A stretch of DNA of 64,000 bases from an uncultured Puniceicoccaceae bacterium (GTDB taxonomy: Bacteria > Verrucomicrobiota > Verrucomicrobiia > Opitutales > Oceanipulchritudinaceae), in contig CAWVVV010000001.1 in NCBI GenBank assembly GCA_963933835.1, positions 128,001 to 192,000 on the forward strand. The letters run 5' to 3'. The notes beneath the pieces are model-generated. The model saw only the letters and a program-made list of their open reading frames with translations. It was not told the DNA's origin and made no database searches. Each line of letters starts with the position of its first letter. Position 1 is the stretch's first letter. A program made the position numbers and the translations under genes. Positions 9,936 through 19,504 of this stretch are shown here, piece after piece.

Positions 9936-11960
9936 ATGACACGCTCACTCACATACCGCCCAGAGATTGATGGTTTACGCTGTCTTGCCGTGCTGCCGGT
10001 GATTCTTTTCCACCTCAGTGATAAGGTAATGGCGAATGGCTATCTCGGGGTGGATGTCTTTTTTGTCATCTCGGGGTTTTTGATTACGTGTATTCTCCTG
10101 CGCGAAGCGGAGGAAGGCTCCCTCTCCCTGCTCAAGTTTTGGAAGCGGCGCATTCACCGTATCCTACCCCTCGCGGCTTTCGTCATCCTCGTGACGTCAC
10201 TGGTGCATGCCGCGCTCTTCTATCACCCTGATCTAAAAATGCTCAGTGGTGATAAATGGGCGGCCCTGCTCTCCTACATGAACATACACCTCTGGCTCGA
10301 TGTCGTGAGCTATTGGGACCGTCTCTTCGAGCACTCGGCCTATCTGCACTACTGGTCGCTTGCGGTCGAGGAGCAGTATTACCTCCTCTACCCGTTCTTT
10401 TTCCTCTTTATCCACAAGATCCGGGCGTTTCCAGTCATTCTAGCGCTGAGCCTCGGGAGCTTAGTGCTCTATCTTCTGACCTTTAATTCTCATTCGAGCG
10501 CGAGCTTTTACCTCTTACCATGGCGCGCCTGGGAGCTAGGCTTCGGTTGCCTGCTAGCCCTCTATGACGCAAAGAGACGTCTTTCTCCGTCGGCGTGGGC
10601 AACCTTGTTCGGACTCGGCTTGATCGCTTTCGCATACTGGCTGCCGAAATCTGTATCCGATCTTGGACTACAGAACCTCCTCGCCGTTCTTGGATCTTTG
10701 CTCGCGATTGCAGGCGGATCAAACCGCATCTCAAACTGGACACTCAAGAACCCGCTCGTCACCTACCTCGGCCGGATCTCCTATTCGCTCTACCTCTGGC
10801 ATTGGCCGGTCATTGTCACCCTTACCTTTCTAGCAGACCAGCATGGCATCGCGACCGGTATCGGTTGGGTGCTAGGCGCGTCACTCCTACTCAGCATCGC
10901 TTCCTACCATCTGATCGAGACCCCATGGCGACGAAAGAAGAATGGAACCACCTTCATCCTCGGGTTTGTCGCTTTCGTCGGGCTCTATATGATCGCAGAG
11001 CAGCGCTTCATCTTAAAAGGCAACTACGCAGAGGAGCATTTCGATCAGTCTACTTGGCATGGCCTCTACTACGACCTGCGCCCGATCCCTGACATCACCC
11101 GTGATTTAGAACCCCTCCTCTACAATCTCGACACACCTGCAAAGGAAGCGCCCCTCGACGCCTATCGCGAAGGCGGGATCCTCCGCACCTACGACAGCGC
11201 ACCCACACGGGTTGTCCTTCTCGGTGACTCCCACGGCGTGATGTGGGCGAAGGCGATCGACGATGTGACGAAGGCACTTGAGATCTCAACCTCCCTTTGG
11301 GCGATGAATGGCCAAAATCCTTTCATTCAATTTCCGATCACCGAAGACCAGAGCGCCGAGTACATGTCCGGTGCAGAAAAAGCTGCCTACGACCAAAGCC
11401 GTCTCGATAAAATCAAGGAATGGAATCCCGACATCGTGATCCTCGCTGCCCGTTGGCAACACACCACTCGCGAAGAAGCGAAGCCGCTCCTCGATTGGCT
11501 TTCGGACAACGTTAAGGAAGTCCTCCTCGTCGAGTCCCCGCCCCCGCTGCTCAAAATTGGCGACCGTAACTTTGCGAACTATGCTGCCTTCATCGGCCAT
11601 AAGCCTACTGACAACGAAGAACTCATCTGGGCCACCTTCGGCCTCAACGATCTTCGCCGAACTCGCTGGAAACTCTTTAATTTCGCGGACAACTACGTGA
11701 ACGTCTCCGTCCTCCCAACCGCTGATCTTTATCTCACCCCCGAGGGCATCCTCGCGGCTGCTGATCGCACTGTCTACTACCTCGACGATGACCACCTCAC
11801 CGATACGGGTGTCATACAAGCGAACGAGCGCTTTCAGCTAGCAATCGAGGCACTTCTCAAAGGTGAAAGAAATGCCTACCCCATCATAAGCGATAAAGGT
11901 GACTCCAGCCGCAGAACCCGTGCGATTGTCGCTTTCCCTGAAATCGCACCGGGGACTTAG
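9936..11960 (+). CDS. OafA/YrhL-type membrane O-acyltransferase with C-terminal SGNH domain
   Basis: YRPEIDGLR, GVDVFFVISGFLIT, HYWSLAVEEQYY, SYSLYLWHWP; SGNH motifs GDSH and DDDH. Confidence 0.92.
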   Translation: MTRSLTYRPEIDGLRCLAVLPVILFHLSDKVMANGYLGVDVFFVISGFLITCILLREAEEGSLSLLKFWKRRIHRILPLAAFVILVTSLVHAALFYHPDLKMLSGDKWAALLSYMNIHLWLDVVSYWDRLFEHSAYLHYWSLAVEEQYYLLYPFFFLFIHKIRAFPVILALSLGSLVLYLLTFNSHSSASFYLLPWRAWELGFGCLLALYDAKRRLSPSAWATLFGLGLIAFAYWLPKSVSDLGLQNLLAVLGSLLAIAGGSNRISNWTLKNPLVTYLGRISYSLYLWHWPVIVTLTFLADQHGIATGIGWVLGASLLLSIASYHLIETPWRRKKNGTTFILGFVAFVGLYMIAEQRFILKGNYAEEHFDQSTWHGLYYDLRPIPDITRDLEPLLYNLDTPAKEAPLDAYREGGILRTYDSAPTRVVLLGDSHGVMWAKAIDDVTKALEISTSLWAMNGQNPFIQFPITEDQSAEYMSGAEKAAYDQSRLDKIKEWNPDIVILAARWQHTTREEAKPLLDWLSDNVKEVLLVESPPPLLKIGDRNFANYAAFIGHKPTDNEELIWATFGLNDLRRTRWKLFNFADNYVNVSVLPTADLYLTPEGILAAADRTVYYLDDDHLTDTGVIQANERFQLAIEALLKGERNAYPIISDKGDSSRRTRAIVAFPEIAPGT

Positions 11961-12008
11961 AGCTCAACAATCCTTTGCTTTTGCCAGATATGTTTCCTAG
12001 AAAGCTTT

Positions 12009-12920
12009 ATGAAATATCGCTCGGCAACGAAGTTACTTCTCAGTCTATCTTTACTGAGCTCATCAGTTTTTGGGCTTCCAAATGCTTTAGTTTTTCAATC
12101 TGACTTTGGGGAAAAGGATGGTGCAGTACCCTCGATGAAAGGGGTCGCTTATGGGGTGTCTCCAGAGCTGAAAAATTTTGATCTAACCCATGAAATTCCG
12201 ACCTTCGATATCTGGGCTGCGGCCTATCGGCTGAACCAAACTGCAAGTTATTGGCCTGCCGGAACCGTTTTTGTTTCCGTTGTTGATCCAGGCGTAGGGA
12301 CTGACCGACGTTCGGTGGTCTTAAAGACAAAAACCGGGCACTATTTTGTTACGCCTTACAACGGCTCACTCACTTTGGTTGCCGACGAAATGGGTGTCGA
12401 AGAAATGAGGCAAATTGATGAAGCCATCAATCGGCTCTCCAATTCAGAGAAGTCCTACACCTTCCATGGCCGAGACGTCTACGCCTACACCGGTGCCCGT
12501 CTGGCAGCGGGCGTTATTTCTTTTGAAGAGGTTGGCAAAAAACTTCCAAGCAAAGTTCGCCGAATGGAGTATCAATTGGCTAAGAAAAAAGGGGAAGTGA
12601 TTACGGGAAACATCCCCATTCTTGACATTCACTACGGCAATATTTGGACAAATATCAGTCGGAAACTTTTATTCGAAATCTCACCCGATGTGCTCGAACC
12701 CATCCGGGTTGAAATTACACACGGAGACAAAGTTGTGTTCAATGAACTGATCCCTTTTGTGAATACCTTTGGTCAAGTCGAAGTCGGCAAGCCGGTCATC
12801 TACATAAACGACCTCCTCAATGCTGCTTTAGCTATCAATCAAGGCGATTTCGCCGAGGCGCATAAAATTGAAAGCGGCCCGGATTGGAATATCCGATTTT
12901 ACCGTCAGGAGAGTCTTTAG
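12009..12920 (+). CDS. SAM hydroxide adenosyltransferase (DUF62, fluorinase/chlorinase superfamily) with N-terminal signal peptide
   Basis: QSDFG, DLTHEIP, VVDPGVGTDRR, TFHGRD, YGNIWTNI; MKYRSATKLLLSLSLLSSSVFG leader. Confidence 0.9.
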   Translation: MKYRSATKLLLSLSLLSSSVFGLPNALVFQSDFGEKDGAVPSMKGVAYGVSPELKNFDLTHEIPTFDIWAAAYRLNQTASYWPAGTVFVSVVDPGVGTDRRSVVLKTKTGHYFVTPYNGSLTLVADEMGVEEMRQIDEAINRLSNSEKSYTFHGRDVYAYTGARLAAGVISFEEVGKKLPSKVRRMEYQLAKKKGEVITGNIPILDIHYGNIWTNISRKLLFEISPDVLEPIRVEITHGDKVVFNELIPFVNTFGQVEVGKPVIYINDLLNAALAINQGDFAEAHKIESGPDWNIRFYRQESL

Positions 12921-12929
12921 CAAACGCCC

Positions 12930-13220
12930 ATGAAACGACGCTCCAAAAAGAACTACGCTACCGCAGTGTGTCTTTCAGGTGTTTTTGGTGTCCTTGGTAT
13001 ACAGCACTTCTATCTTGGACGCTGGTATGAAGGCCTCGCTGACGTCATTCTTACCTTTGGCTGGCTCTACTATTTCGCAGTTGATCGCCCGTTGGTTGCC
13101 CTCGCATTTTTGGGCGCAGACTTGCTTCACACCTTTATCTCAACAATCATCCTGTTAGTCGGCGCCTACAAGGATGGGACAGGTGCCTACGTTACTTACC
13201 CAGGGCAGAAACTCTCTTAA
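12930..13220 (+). CDS. TM2-domain small membrane protein
   Basis: FGVLGIQHFYLG...YKDGTG. Confidence 0.8.
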   Translation: MKRRSKKNYATAVCLSGVFGVLGIQHFYLGRWYEGLADVILTFGWLYYFAVDRPLVALAFLGADLLHTFISTIILLVGAYKDGTGAYVTYPGQKLS

Positions 13221-13229
13221 ATAACTACT

Positions 13230-13508
13230 ATGGAAAACACACAAATCAGCGAAAAGGGCTTCGTGCCCGCTCTCCTTCTCTGCCTCTTCCTCGGAGCTTT
13301 CGGCGTTCACCGCTTTTACGTCGGAAAAATCGGCACAGGCATCCTCATGCTTCTGACCTTTGGCGGCCTCGGGATCTGGGCACTGATCGACTTAATCATC
13401 ATCGTCGTCGGCTCGTTTAAGGACAAAGACGGCAATGTGATCAAAGCCTTCGGCTACCTGTTAACAACTACAGCGCAGCCTCGAGCGACCAGGTGCCTTC
13501 GTAGTTGA
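13230..13508 (+). CDS. TM2-domain small membrane protein
   Basis: [38 protein letters not shown]...FKDKDG. Confidence 0.88.
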   Translation: MENTQISEKGFVPALLLCLFLGAFGVHRFYVGKIGTGILMLLTFGGLGIWALIDLIIIVVGSFKDKDGNVIKAFGYLLTTTAQPRATRCLRS

Positions 13509-15309
13509 AGTAGCGCTCATCGGGCGTCCCGCCTTCAGCGTAATAGAGCCAGCCGTTCAGGGCACCGGAGGCATGGACCCACGGATAAATCCCTGAGTGC
13601 GTCCAGAGCCAAGAGCCCAGACCAGCATCCCAGTAGCGCATCCCGTTTTCCCAGTCCGAGGTTTGGCTCAGGAAGATAAAGCCATGTTCATGATGCCACA
13701 TCCAGTCTGAATCCCCAAAGAAGCTAATCCAACCAAACTCCGCTTGATACACCCACGGATAAATATCATAGCGCGACCAGAGCCACGTGCCTAGCTCCGC
13801 ACTCCAATATGGCATGCCCTGTTCACTGCTAAAATCACCGGTAATCTCCATCCAAAGATAACCGCGCTCCAAATGATAGATCCATCCGCTTGCATCGAGT
13901 CTAGCACTCCCAAGCCCACTGGGCACAGGGATTGTTGCAGAAAAAAAGCCATTCCATGTCGGCGTAGTGAATCCTTCTGAGTCTGCACGGGCGAAAAAAG
14001 TGAGGCCAACCACGGAATCGGAGAAAGAATCATCCTCATACTCAATTGAAATACGCTCTGAGCTACCCGTAATGTAGACAGATTCGAGTGAACTACAGCG
14101 CCAAAAAGCTCGGTTTGTGATCCTGATGCCATTTGGCATCGTCACAGTCCTCAGAACATGACAACCGTTGAATGTATCAGATAGCCACGCCACATAATGC
14201 GGAATCTTAACGCTCGTCAGCGAAGTACAGTTTATAAAGGTGCCACTTAGCGACGTGACACTGTCAGGGATCACAACACTTGTCAGCGCACTGCATCCAT
14301 CAAATGTGCGATTAAGCGAACTGACGCCATCAGGAATTACGATACTCTTCAGTGAGGTGCAATTATAGAAGGTTCCAGAAAGCGACCTGACCCCATCAGG
14401 AATCGTCACACTTGTAAGCGCACTACAACCCCGAAAGGCGGAATCCATCCTAACGACGCTATCGGGAATCGTTACAGTCGTCAGCGAAGTACAATTGTAA
14501 AAGGTCCCATCAAGCAACCTGACACTATCGGGAATCGGCACACTCGTCAGTGCACTACAGCCTATAAACGTATCATATAGCGACGTGATCCCATCGGGGA
14601 TCGCCACAGTTGTGAGTGAATGACAGCCACGAAAAGTGCCATCAAGTGACGTGACCCCATCCGGGATCGTCACATTTGTAAGTGAAAAACAGTTATTAAA
14701 AGCACCCTCAAGCGACGTAACGCTTTCAGGAATCACTATACTGATTAACGAACGACAATTTATGAAGGCGGAATCAAGCGACGTGAAGGTATCAGGTATG
14801 ATCACACTCGTCAGAAACTCACAATATTCGAAAGCCTCCTTATTGATACTGTCGATCGTAATTGGTATCACATATTCGCTATCAGGGCGTTGGGGCGGAT
14901 ACACCATGAGCTCATTCGATACTTTATCAATCAGGACGCCATCAAGGCTCATGTAGACTGGATTCTGAGGATCTACATCGATGCTAACTAGGCCGCGGCA
15001 TCCATGAAACGCTTGGCTATCAATTGACGTCACACTACTCGGGATTGACACTTTTGAAAGAGGAACCCCCCAAATAAACGCCCTAACTCCGATAGCCACG
15101 ACCGGCTTTCCATCGATCGTCTCTGGGATCACTACGTCCGTCACTGAATTATCGAAGTCCGTGATCGTAATCGACGTACCATCGTCGGTGTAGGTGAGTG
15201 GACCAAAGGTCCCTGTTTGCGCACTGGCGAATTGAGCAAAGAAGCAAAGCGTGCATCCGACCAAGAAAAGCTTCGGCCAAGGACGGGGAAGAACAAGGTG
15301 AGATCTCAT
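13468..15309 (-). CDS. Secreted BspA-like leucine-rich-repeat (LRR_5) protein with Trp-rich C-terminal module
   Basis: Signal peptide ending [20 protein letters not shown] cap; tandem FxxCxxLTSVxIPDxVTSL repeats; ATG 15309 preferred to the ORF-track start at 15408. Confidence 0.88.
   Translation of the reverse strand: MRSHLVLPRPWPKLFLVGCTLCFFAQFASAQTGTFGPLTYTDDGTSITITDFDNSVTDVVIPETIDGKPVVAIGVRAFIWGVPLSKVSIPSSVTSIDSQAFHGCRGLVSIDVDPQNPVYMSLDGVLIDKVSNELMVYPPQRPDSEYVIPITIDSINKEAFEYCEFLTSVIIPDTFTSLDSAFINCRSLISIVIPESVTSLEGAFNNCFSLTNVTIPDGVTSLDGTFRGCHSLTTVAIPDGITSLYDTFIGCSALTSVPIPDSVRLLDGTFYNCTSLTTVTIPDSVVRMDSAFRGCSALTSVTIPDGVRSLSGTFYNCTSLKSIVIPDGVSSLNRTFDGCSALTSVVIPDSVTSLSGTFINCTSLTSVKIPHYVAWLSDTFNGCHVLRTVTMPNGIRITNRAFWRCSSLESVYITGSSERISIEYEDDSFSDSVVGLTFFARADSEGFTTPTWNGFFSATIPVPSGLGSARLDASGWIYHLERGYLWMEITGDFSSEQGMPYWSAELGTWLWSRYDIYPWVYQAEFGWISFFGDSDWMWHHEHGFIFLSQTSDWENGMRYWDAGLGSWLWTHSGIYPWVHASGALNGWLYYAEGGTPDERYFNYEGTWSLEAAL
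14107..14832 (-). repeat. Eleven tandem 66-bp (22-aa) LRR units
   Basis: Exact 22-residue period from FEYC (14832) to FWRC (14106). Confidence 0.9.
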
Positions 15310-15570
15310 AAGCGTGTAGTTGAACAGTTGCGCAACTAAGATTAGTAACAGCGAGAGGGGCACCTGATACGCAATCGAAATTTCTGGCCGGAACACCGAC
15401 GACGACACAGCGCAGGCACCCTTCTGCTAAGGCAGACGAGCAGCCAGATTGTTACAAATTGCCTAAGATCCTACGAACGATTGACATGCACAGACTCGCC
15501 CAGCAGGATAAAAGGAACTTATATAGCCCTCCTTAGACTTTTAATAACCTCAGACCCCACAAGATTTCCC

Positions 15571-16005
15571 ATGGCGATTGTTTCCCATATCCTCGACACT
15601 AAAAACGGCTCCCAACTCCACACCATTACGCCGGACAAATCCACCTACGAAGCGCTCCAGATGATGGCCAAGCATGACGTTGGAGCCATCATGGTGATGT
15701 CCGAAGACACCCTCGTCGGCGTTTTGACTGAGCGTGAATACGCCCGCCGCATCGTCCTCGAGGGCAAGACCTCCCGGCACACACCGGTGAAGGACACGAT
15801 GAACCAAAATTTCAAAGCGGTCAGTCACGACACGACGCTTGAACGCTGCATGACATTGATGACGGAAAATCGCACCCGCTACTTGCCTGTCTTAAACGAT
15901 GGTAAGCTAACTGGCCTTATCAGTGTCGGCGACGTCGTGAAGAACCTCATGGCCGAGCAGCGCGCGAACATCGACCACCTCGAGCAATACATCACGGGCG
16001 GCTGA
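15571..16005 (+). CDS. CBS-domain protein
   Basis: Two CBS repeats: VGAIMV...LVGVLTEREYAR; RYLPVL...LTGLISVGDVVK. Confidence 0.9.
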   Translation: MAIVSHILDTKNGSQLHTITPDKSTYEALQMMAKHDVGAIMVMSEDTLVGVLTEREYARRIVLEGKTSRHTPVKDTMNQNFKAVSHDTTLERCMTLMTENRTRYLPVLNDGKLTGLISVGDVVKNLMAEQRANIDHLEQYITGG

Positions 16006-16006
16006 G

Positions 16007-16151
16007 CAGACCATCACGGCTCAGCGTGCTGTAGTGGAGGGTCCGGCTCCTGTCGGACCGAAAGGGGTACCCTTGGATCTCAGGTGGACGGGCAGGAGCC
16101 CATCCCTCCATTACGCAATCTCAGGTGGACGGGCAGGAGCCCATCCCTCCA
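16007..16151. repeat. REPIN-like element (GGAG-type), copy 1, with duplicated right arm
   Basis: Inverted GGAG + 8-bp stem + TCCT-loop arms at 16035-16110; perfect 34-bp direct repeat at 16077-16110 and 16118-16151; homologous to 19308-19412. Confidence 0.85.
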
Positions 16152-16211
16152 AAAGGCGATATCAGCTATGCCCCCCTCGCATCCGCCTACGCGGGAATCT
16201 AAAGACGCTCC

Positions 16212-17213
16212 TTAGCCAAATACCACGATCGCGGCGAGGGCCGCGAGCAAGACGATCCAGGTAGCAAGTGCACGGCGAGCCATGCGCTTGGCTTTTTTAT
16301 CCTCCCACCATGTCCGAGGACGAATCCCTTGTAGGAGAAAGGTCCCTACAGCGGCGAGGTTGACGCAGATAAAGTTTGCGAGAAAAAGCAGCGCCGCGTT
16401 GAGCGCCGGCGCCATAGATCCAGACCCGAGGAAGATACCTGAGGCGATCAGCGGCGGCAACAGCGCCACCGCCACCATCACGCCGATCAAAGCGGAGCCC
16501 GCACCGGTCGTAAACGAGAGCGCTCCAGCCGCACCCGAGGCGAGGGCTAGAACAAGATCAAAGGGGTGCATCGCCTGAGCCCGTAGGATCATCTCATTTG
16601 ATTCGATATTTACGGGGAAGAGGGCTCCAAAAACGACGCCAAACAATAAGGAGAGTGCAACGCCGACGAAAAGCGTGCGGGCAGAAGAACGGATCATCCC
16701 GACATCGCCCAAGGTCGTGGCGAGGGCAGCGCCCATGTTGGGCCCAAGGAGCGGAGCAATCACCATCGCTCCGATGATCACCGCGACACTGTCACGCGAG
16801 AGACCGACCGCAGCGACAACTGAGGAGAGGATGACCATCGCGATAAAAATACGATTCAGCTGGGATCCATCCGCCACCGCCGAAAGCAGCTCTTCTCGGC
16901 TGACGCGGTAAAACTTTTTAGCGGCGGGTATGGAGGGGTGAATCGGCTCCGTCGCTGGCTCAGGTGCTGGACGCGGCAAGACTGCCTCAACCCCAGAAAT
17001 GATGACGCGAAAGCCCTCCCGTTTTCCAAACTGCTGCTCTAGCGAGTCGAGCAGCTCCTCCGTCTCTTCAGCCGGAAGCAGATACTGCAAGTTCACCCGT
17101 TGGTCTAAACCGCCCTCACGCCACCAACTGACGAGGCGTTCGTTCTTCATCAGGGTCTCGAGAGATGCCTGATCCGTTTCCGGCAGGAGGACTTGGACGT
17201 TTCGTAGAGCCAT
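16212..17213 (-). CDS. TIGR00341/DUF389-family membrane protein
   Basis: AVIIGAMVIAPLLGP, ALIGVMVAVALLPP, multiple TM helices. Confidence 0.85.
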   Translation of the reverse strand: MALRNVQVLLPETDQASLETLMKNERLVSWWREGGLDQRVNLQYLLPAEETEELLDSLEQQFGKREGFRVIISGVEAVLPRPAPEPATEPIHPSIPAAKKFYRVSREELLSAVADGSQLNRIFIAMVILSSVVAAVGLSRDSVAVIIGAMVIAPLLGPNMGAALATTLGDVGMIRSSARTLFVGVALSLLFGVVFGALFPVNIESNEMILRAQAMHPFDLVLALASGAAGALSFTTGAGSALIGVMVAVALLPPLIASGIFLGSGSMAPALNAALLFLANFICVNLAAVGTFLLQGIRPRTWWEDKKAKRMARRALATWIVLLAALAAIVVFG

Positions 17214-17230
17214 GAGCGTGTGCTAATGCG

Positions 17231-18016
17231 TTATGAGGCAACAAAGGCAGTCAGCGCCTGAACAAACGCCTCCGGCTTCTCGAAGTGAACATTGTGACCC
17301 GCACCCTCAACCGTCAGGCGGTCGGCGAATGGAAAGTGGTGTTTGATCGCCGTCATATCTTCATCGGTGACGTAGTCTGAGTGTTCCCCTCCAATGAACA
17401 ACGAAGGGCCTTCATAACGCTCATTCTCCGCCAGCGAGTGAGCAAAGATCTCTGGCAGGGAAGCCTCAAGGAGCGGCAGGTTCACCTTCCAAGCAAAGCC
17501 CCCCTCGGGACGACGCACAATATTTGAGAGGAGGAATTTGCGGAACGCCCAGTCTGGGACCGCTGGTTCGAGCGCAGATTCCGCCTCTGCTCGCGAGCGC
17601 ATCGATGCGAGCTCGAGCGCACGCATGGCGGCAAATTCGGCCTGCCAGCGGGGCGCATAGGCCTTGGGTGCTATATCGACGACGACAAGATGCGAAACCC
17701 GCGTAGGGGCACTCGCAGACACCGCCATCGCCACCTTTCCACCCATACTGTGCCCAATGAGAATGCAGCGATCGATTCCAGCTGAGTCCAGATAAGCAAC
17801 CACATCAGTGGCTTGGTCCGCATAAACCATCGAGTCGGCATGCGGACTATCGCCGTGATTTCGCAGATCGAGCGCGTGGCAATCGTAGTCAGGCGCGAGC
17901 AGCTTCAACATCCCGGCCCAGTTCCGCGAACTCCCAAGTAGCCCATGCAGAATAACAATCGAAGGCTGGCTTGATTCCCCGCAAGTAACGGCAGAGAGTG
18001 AAAGTGGACGACTCAT
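17231..18016 (-). CDS. Alpha/beta hydrolase, YbfF-like esterase
   Basis: LHGLLGSSRNW, DLRNHGDS, GHSMGGK, GHNVHFE. Confidence 0.9.
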   Translation of the reverse strand: MSRPLSLSAVTCGESSQPSIVILHGLLGSSRNWAGMLKLLAPDYDCHALDLRNHGDSPHADSMVYADQATDVVAYLDSAGIDRCILIGHSMGGKVAMAVSASAPTRVSHLVVVDIAPKAYAPRWQAEFAAMRALELASMRSRAEAESALEPAVPDWAFRKFLLSNIVRRPEGGFAWKVNLPLLEASLPEIFAHSLAENERYEGPSLFIGGEHSDYVTDEDMTAIKHHFPFADRLTVEGAGHNVHFEKPEAFVQALTAFVAS

Positions 18017-18153
18017 TGAAGACAAATTTCCACAGCGACGCCTGCGCAGGCAACCATAGAGCGCAGAGCGAAATCTTGGAATGGCCTTGAAAGATCATTT
18101 CTCCGAAACTAGCCCAATAGACGAAACACACCCACACCGAACAATTTAACACT

Positions 18154-19143
18154 ATGAGCAAGACTCCCATTCGCGTCGCCGTAACAGGTGCAGCCGGCAA
18201 CATCGGCTATGCCCTCCTCTTCCGCATTGCCTCCGGGCAGATGTTTGGTCCTGACCAGCCAGTCGCCCTAAACCTGATCGAAATCGAGCCAGGCATGAAG
18301 GCCCTCGCGGGCGTCGTGATGGAACTCGATGACTGCGCCTTTCCACTCCTCACCGATGTCGTGGCCACGGCTGATCCCAATGAAGGCTTCAAGGATGTGA
18401 ACTGGGCGCTCCTCGTCGGCTCAGTCCCGCGCAAGCAAGGGATGGAACGCGCCGACCTCCTCGGCATCAACGGCAAGGTCTTTGTCGGCCAAGGCAAAGC
18501 GATCGAAGCCAACGCAGCGAAAGACGTTCGCGTCCTCGTCGTCGGCAACCCGTGCAACACGAACTGCCTCATCGCGATGAACAGCGCTCCGTCGATCCCG
18601 AACAATCGCTGGTTTGCGATGACCCGCCTCGACGAAAACCGCGCCCTCACTCAACTCGCCCAAAAAGCCGGTGCACCCGTCTCCGAAGTGAAGAACCTCG
18701 CTATCTGGGGGAACCACTCACCGACGATGTATCCAGATTTCTACAACGCGACGATCGCAGGCAAGAATGCCGCCGAATCCATCGGTGACGAAGCATGGCT
18801 CAAAGAGACATTCGTCCCAACTGTTGGCAAACGTGGCGCCGCGATCATCGCCGCACGGGGTGCATCCAGTGCAGCCAGTGCAGCCAACGCCATCGTCGAC
18901 ACCGTGGTCTCTCTCACCACCCCAACACCTGACGGCGAGTTCCACAGCGTCTGTGTCTGCTCAAAGGGCGAATACGACGCACCTGAAGGCCTGATCACGA
19001 GCTATCCGATTCGCAGCAATGGCAGCGACTGGGAAATCGTCAAAGGCATCGAGCTCAATGACTATGCGAAAGCACAGATCCAAGTCAGTATCGACGAACT
19101 CAGCTCCGAGCGCGAAACCGTCCAAGGTCTCGGTATTCTCTAA
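18154..19143 (+). CDS. mdh: Malate dehydrogenase
   Basis: [50 protein letters not shown]. Confidence 0.97.
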   Translation: MSKTPIRVAVTGAAGNIGYALLFRIASGQMFGPDQPVALNLIEIEPGMKALAGVVMELDDCAFPLLTDVVATADPNEGFKDVNWALLVGSVPRKQGMERADLLGINGKVFVGQGKAIEANAAKDVRVLVVGNPCNTNCLIAMNSAPSIPNNRWFAMTRLDENRALTQLAQKAGAPVSEVKNLAIWGNHSPTMYPDFYNATIAGKNAAESIGDEAWLKETFVPTVGKRGAAIIAARGASSAASAANAIVDTVVSLTTPTPDGEFHSVCVCSKGEYDAPEGLITSYPIRSNGSDWEIVKGIELNDYAKAQIQVSIDELSSERETVQGLGIL

Positions 19144-19167
19144 ATCATTACACAGCTATATCTTTGC

Positions 19168-19200
19168 AACGCCGGCCCGAAATGGGTCGGCGTTTTTTTT
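19168..19200 (+). terminator. Intrinsic terminator of mdh
   Basis: aacgccggccc-gaaat-gggtcggcgtttttttt. Confidence 0.82.
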
Positions 19201-19307
19201 GGGCATTTTGCGACAGGATTGACGTATTGGGGCGCGCGAAGGGGTATCAAAGCACGGTCCTCAGACCGATTTTCGCATCGGAAACTGAACTGACTGAAAT
19301 CGCGTCT

Positions 19308-19412
19308 TGGAGGGATGGGCTCCTGCCCGTCCGCCTGAGACCCAGGGCGTACGCCTTGCGGTCCGACAGGAGCCGGACCCTCCAACTCAGCAGGCCGAGC
19401 CGTGTTGGCCTG
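19308..19412. repeat. REPIN-like element (GGAG-type), copy 2, inverted relative to copy 1
   Basis: Reverse complement aligns to 16007-16110; about 6 differences in the 77-bp core plus a similar 28-bp flank. Confidence 0.85.
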
Positions 19413-19504
19413 TCCAGTCGAATAAATGCAATCCAACATCAGGTGCTTACGATAAAATCGCCAGCATTCTTGAGCATATTACTACAAGCTTCTCGCAAAA
19501 TGCG

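Noticed and set aside
12009..12920. Fluorinase or chlorinase for halometabolite synthesis
   Set aside because: It has the His of TFHGRD and the Asp/Arg of the hydroxide-using DUF62 enzymes; no biosynthetic cluster nearby.
14107..14832. 66-bp periodic repeats as a CRISPR array or DGR target
   Set aside because: They are in-frame protein repeats, degenerate at the DNA level; no reverse transcriptase or template repeat in the window.
16077..16151. 34-bp direct repeat as a mini-CRISPR
   Set aside because: Only two copies with a 7-bp spacer and no cas genes; it is a duplicated arm of the REP-like element.
16034..16264. Similar short ORFs EGPAPVGP at 16034 (+) and within 19140-19439 (-)
   Set aside because: They are translations of the REP-like repeat, not a protein family.
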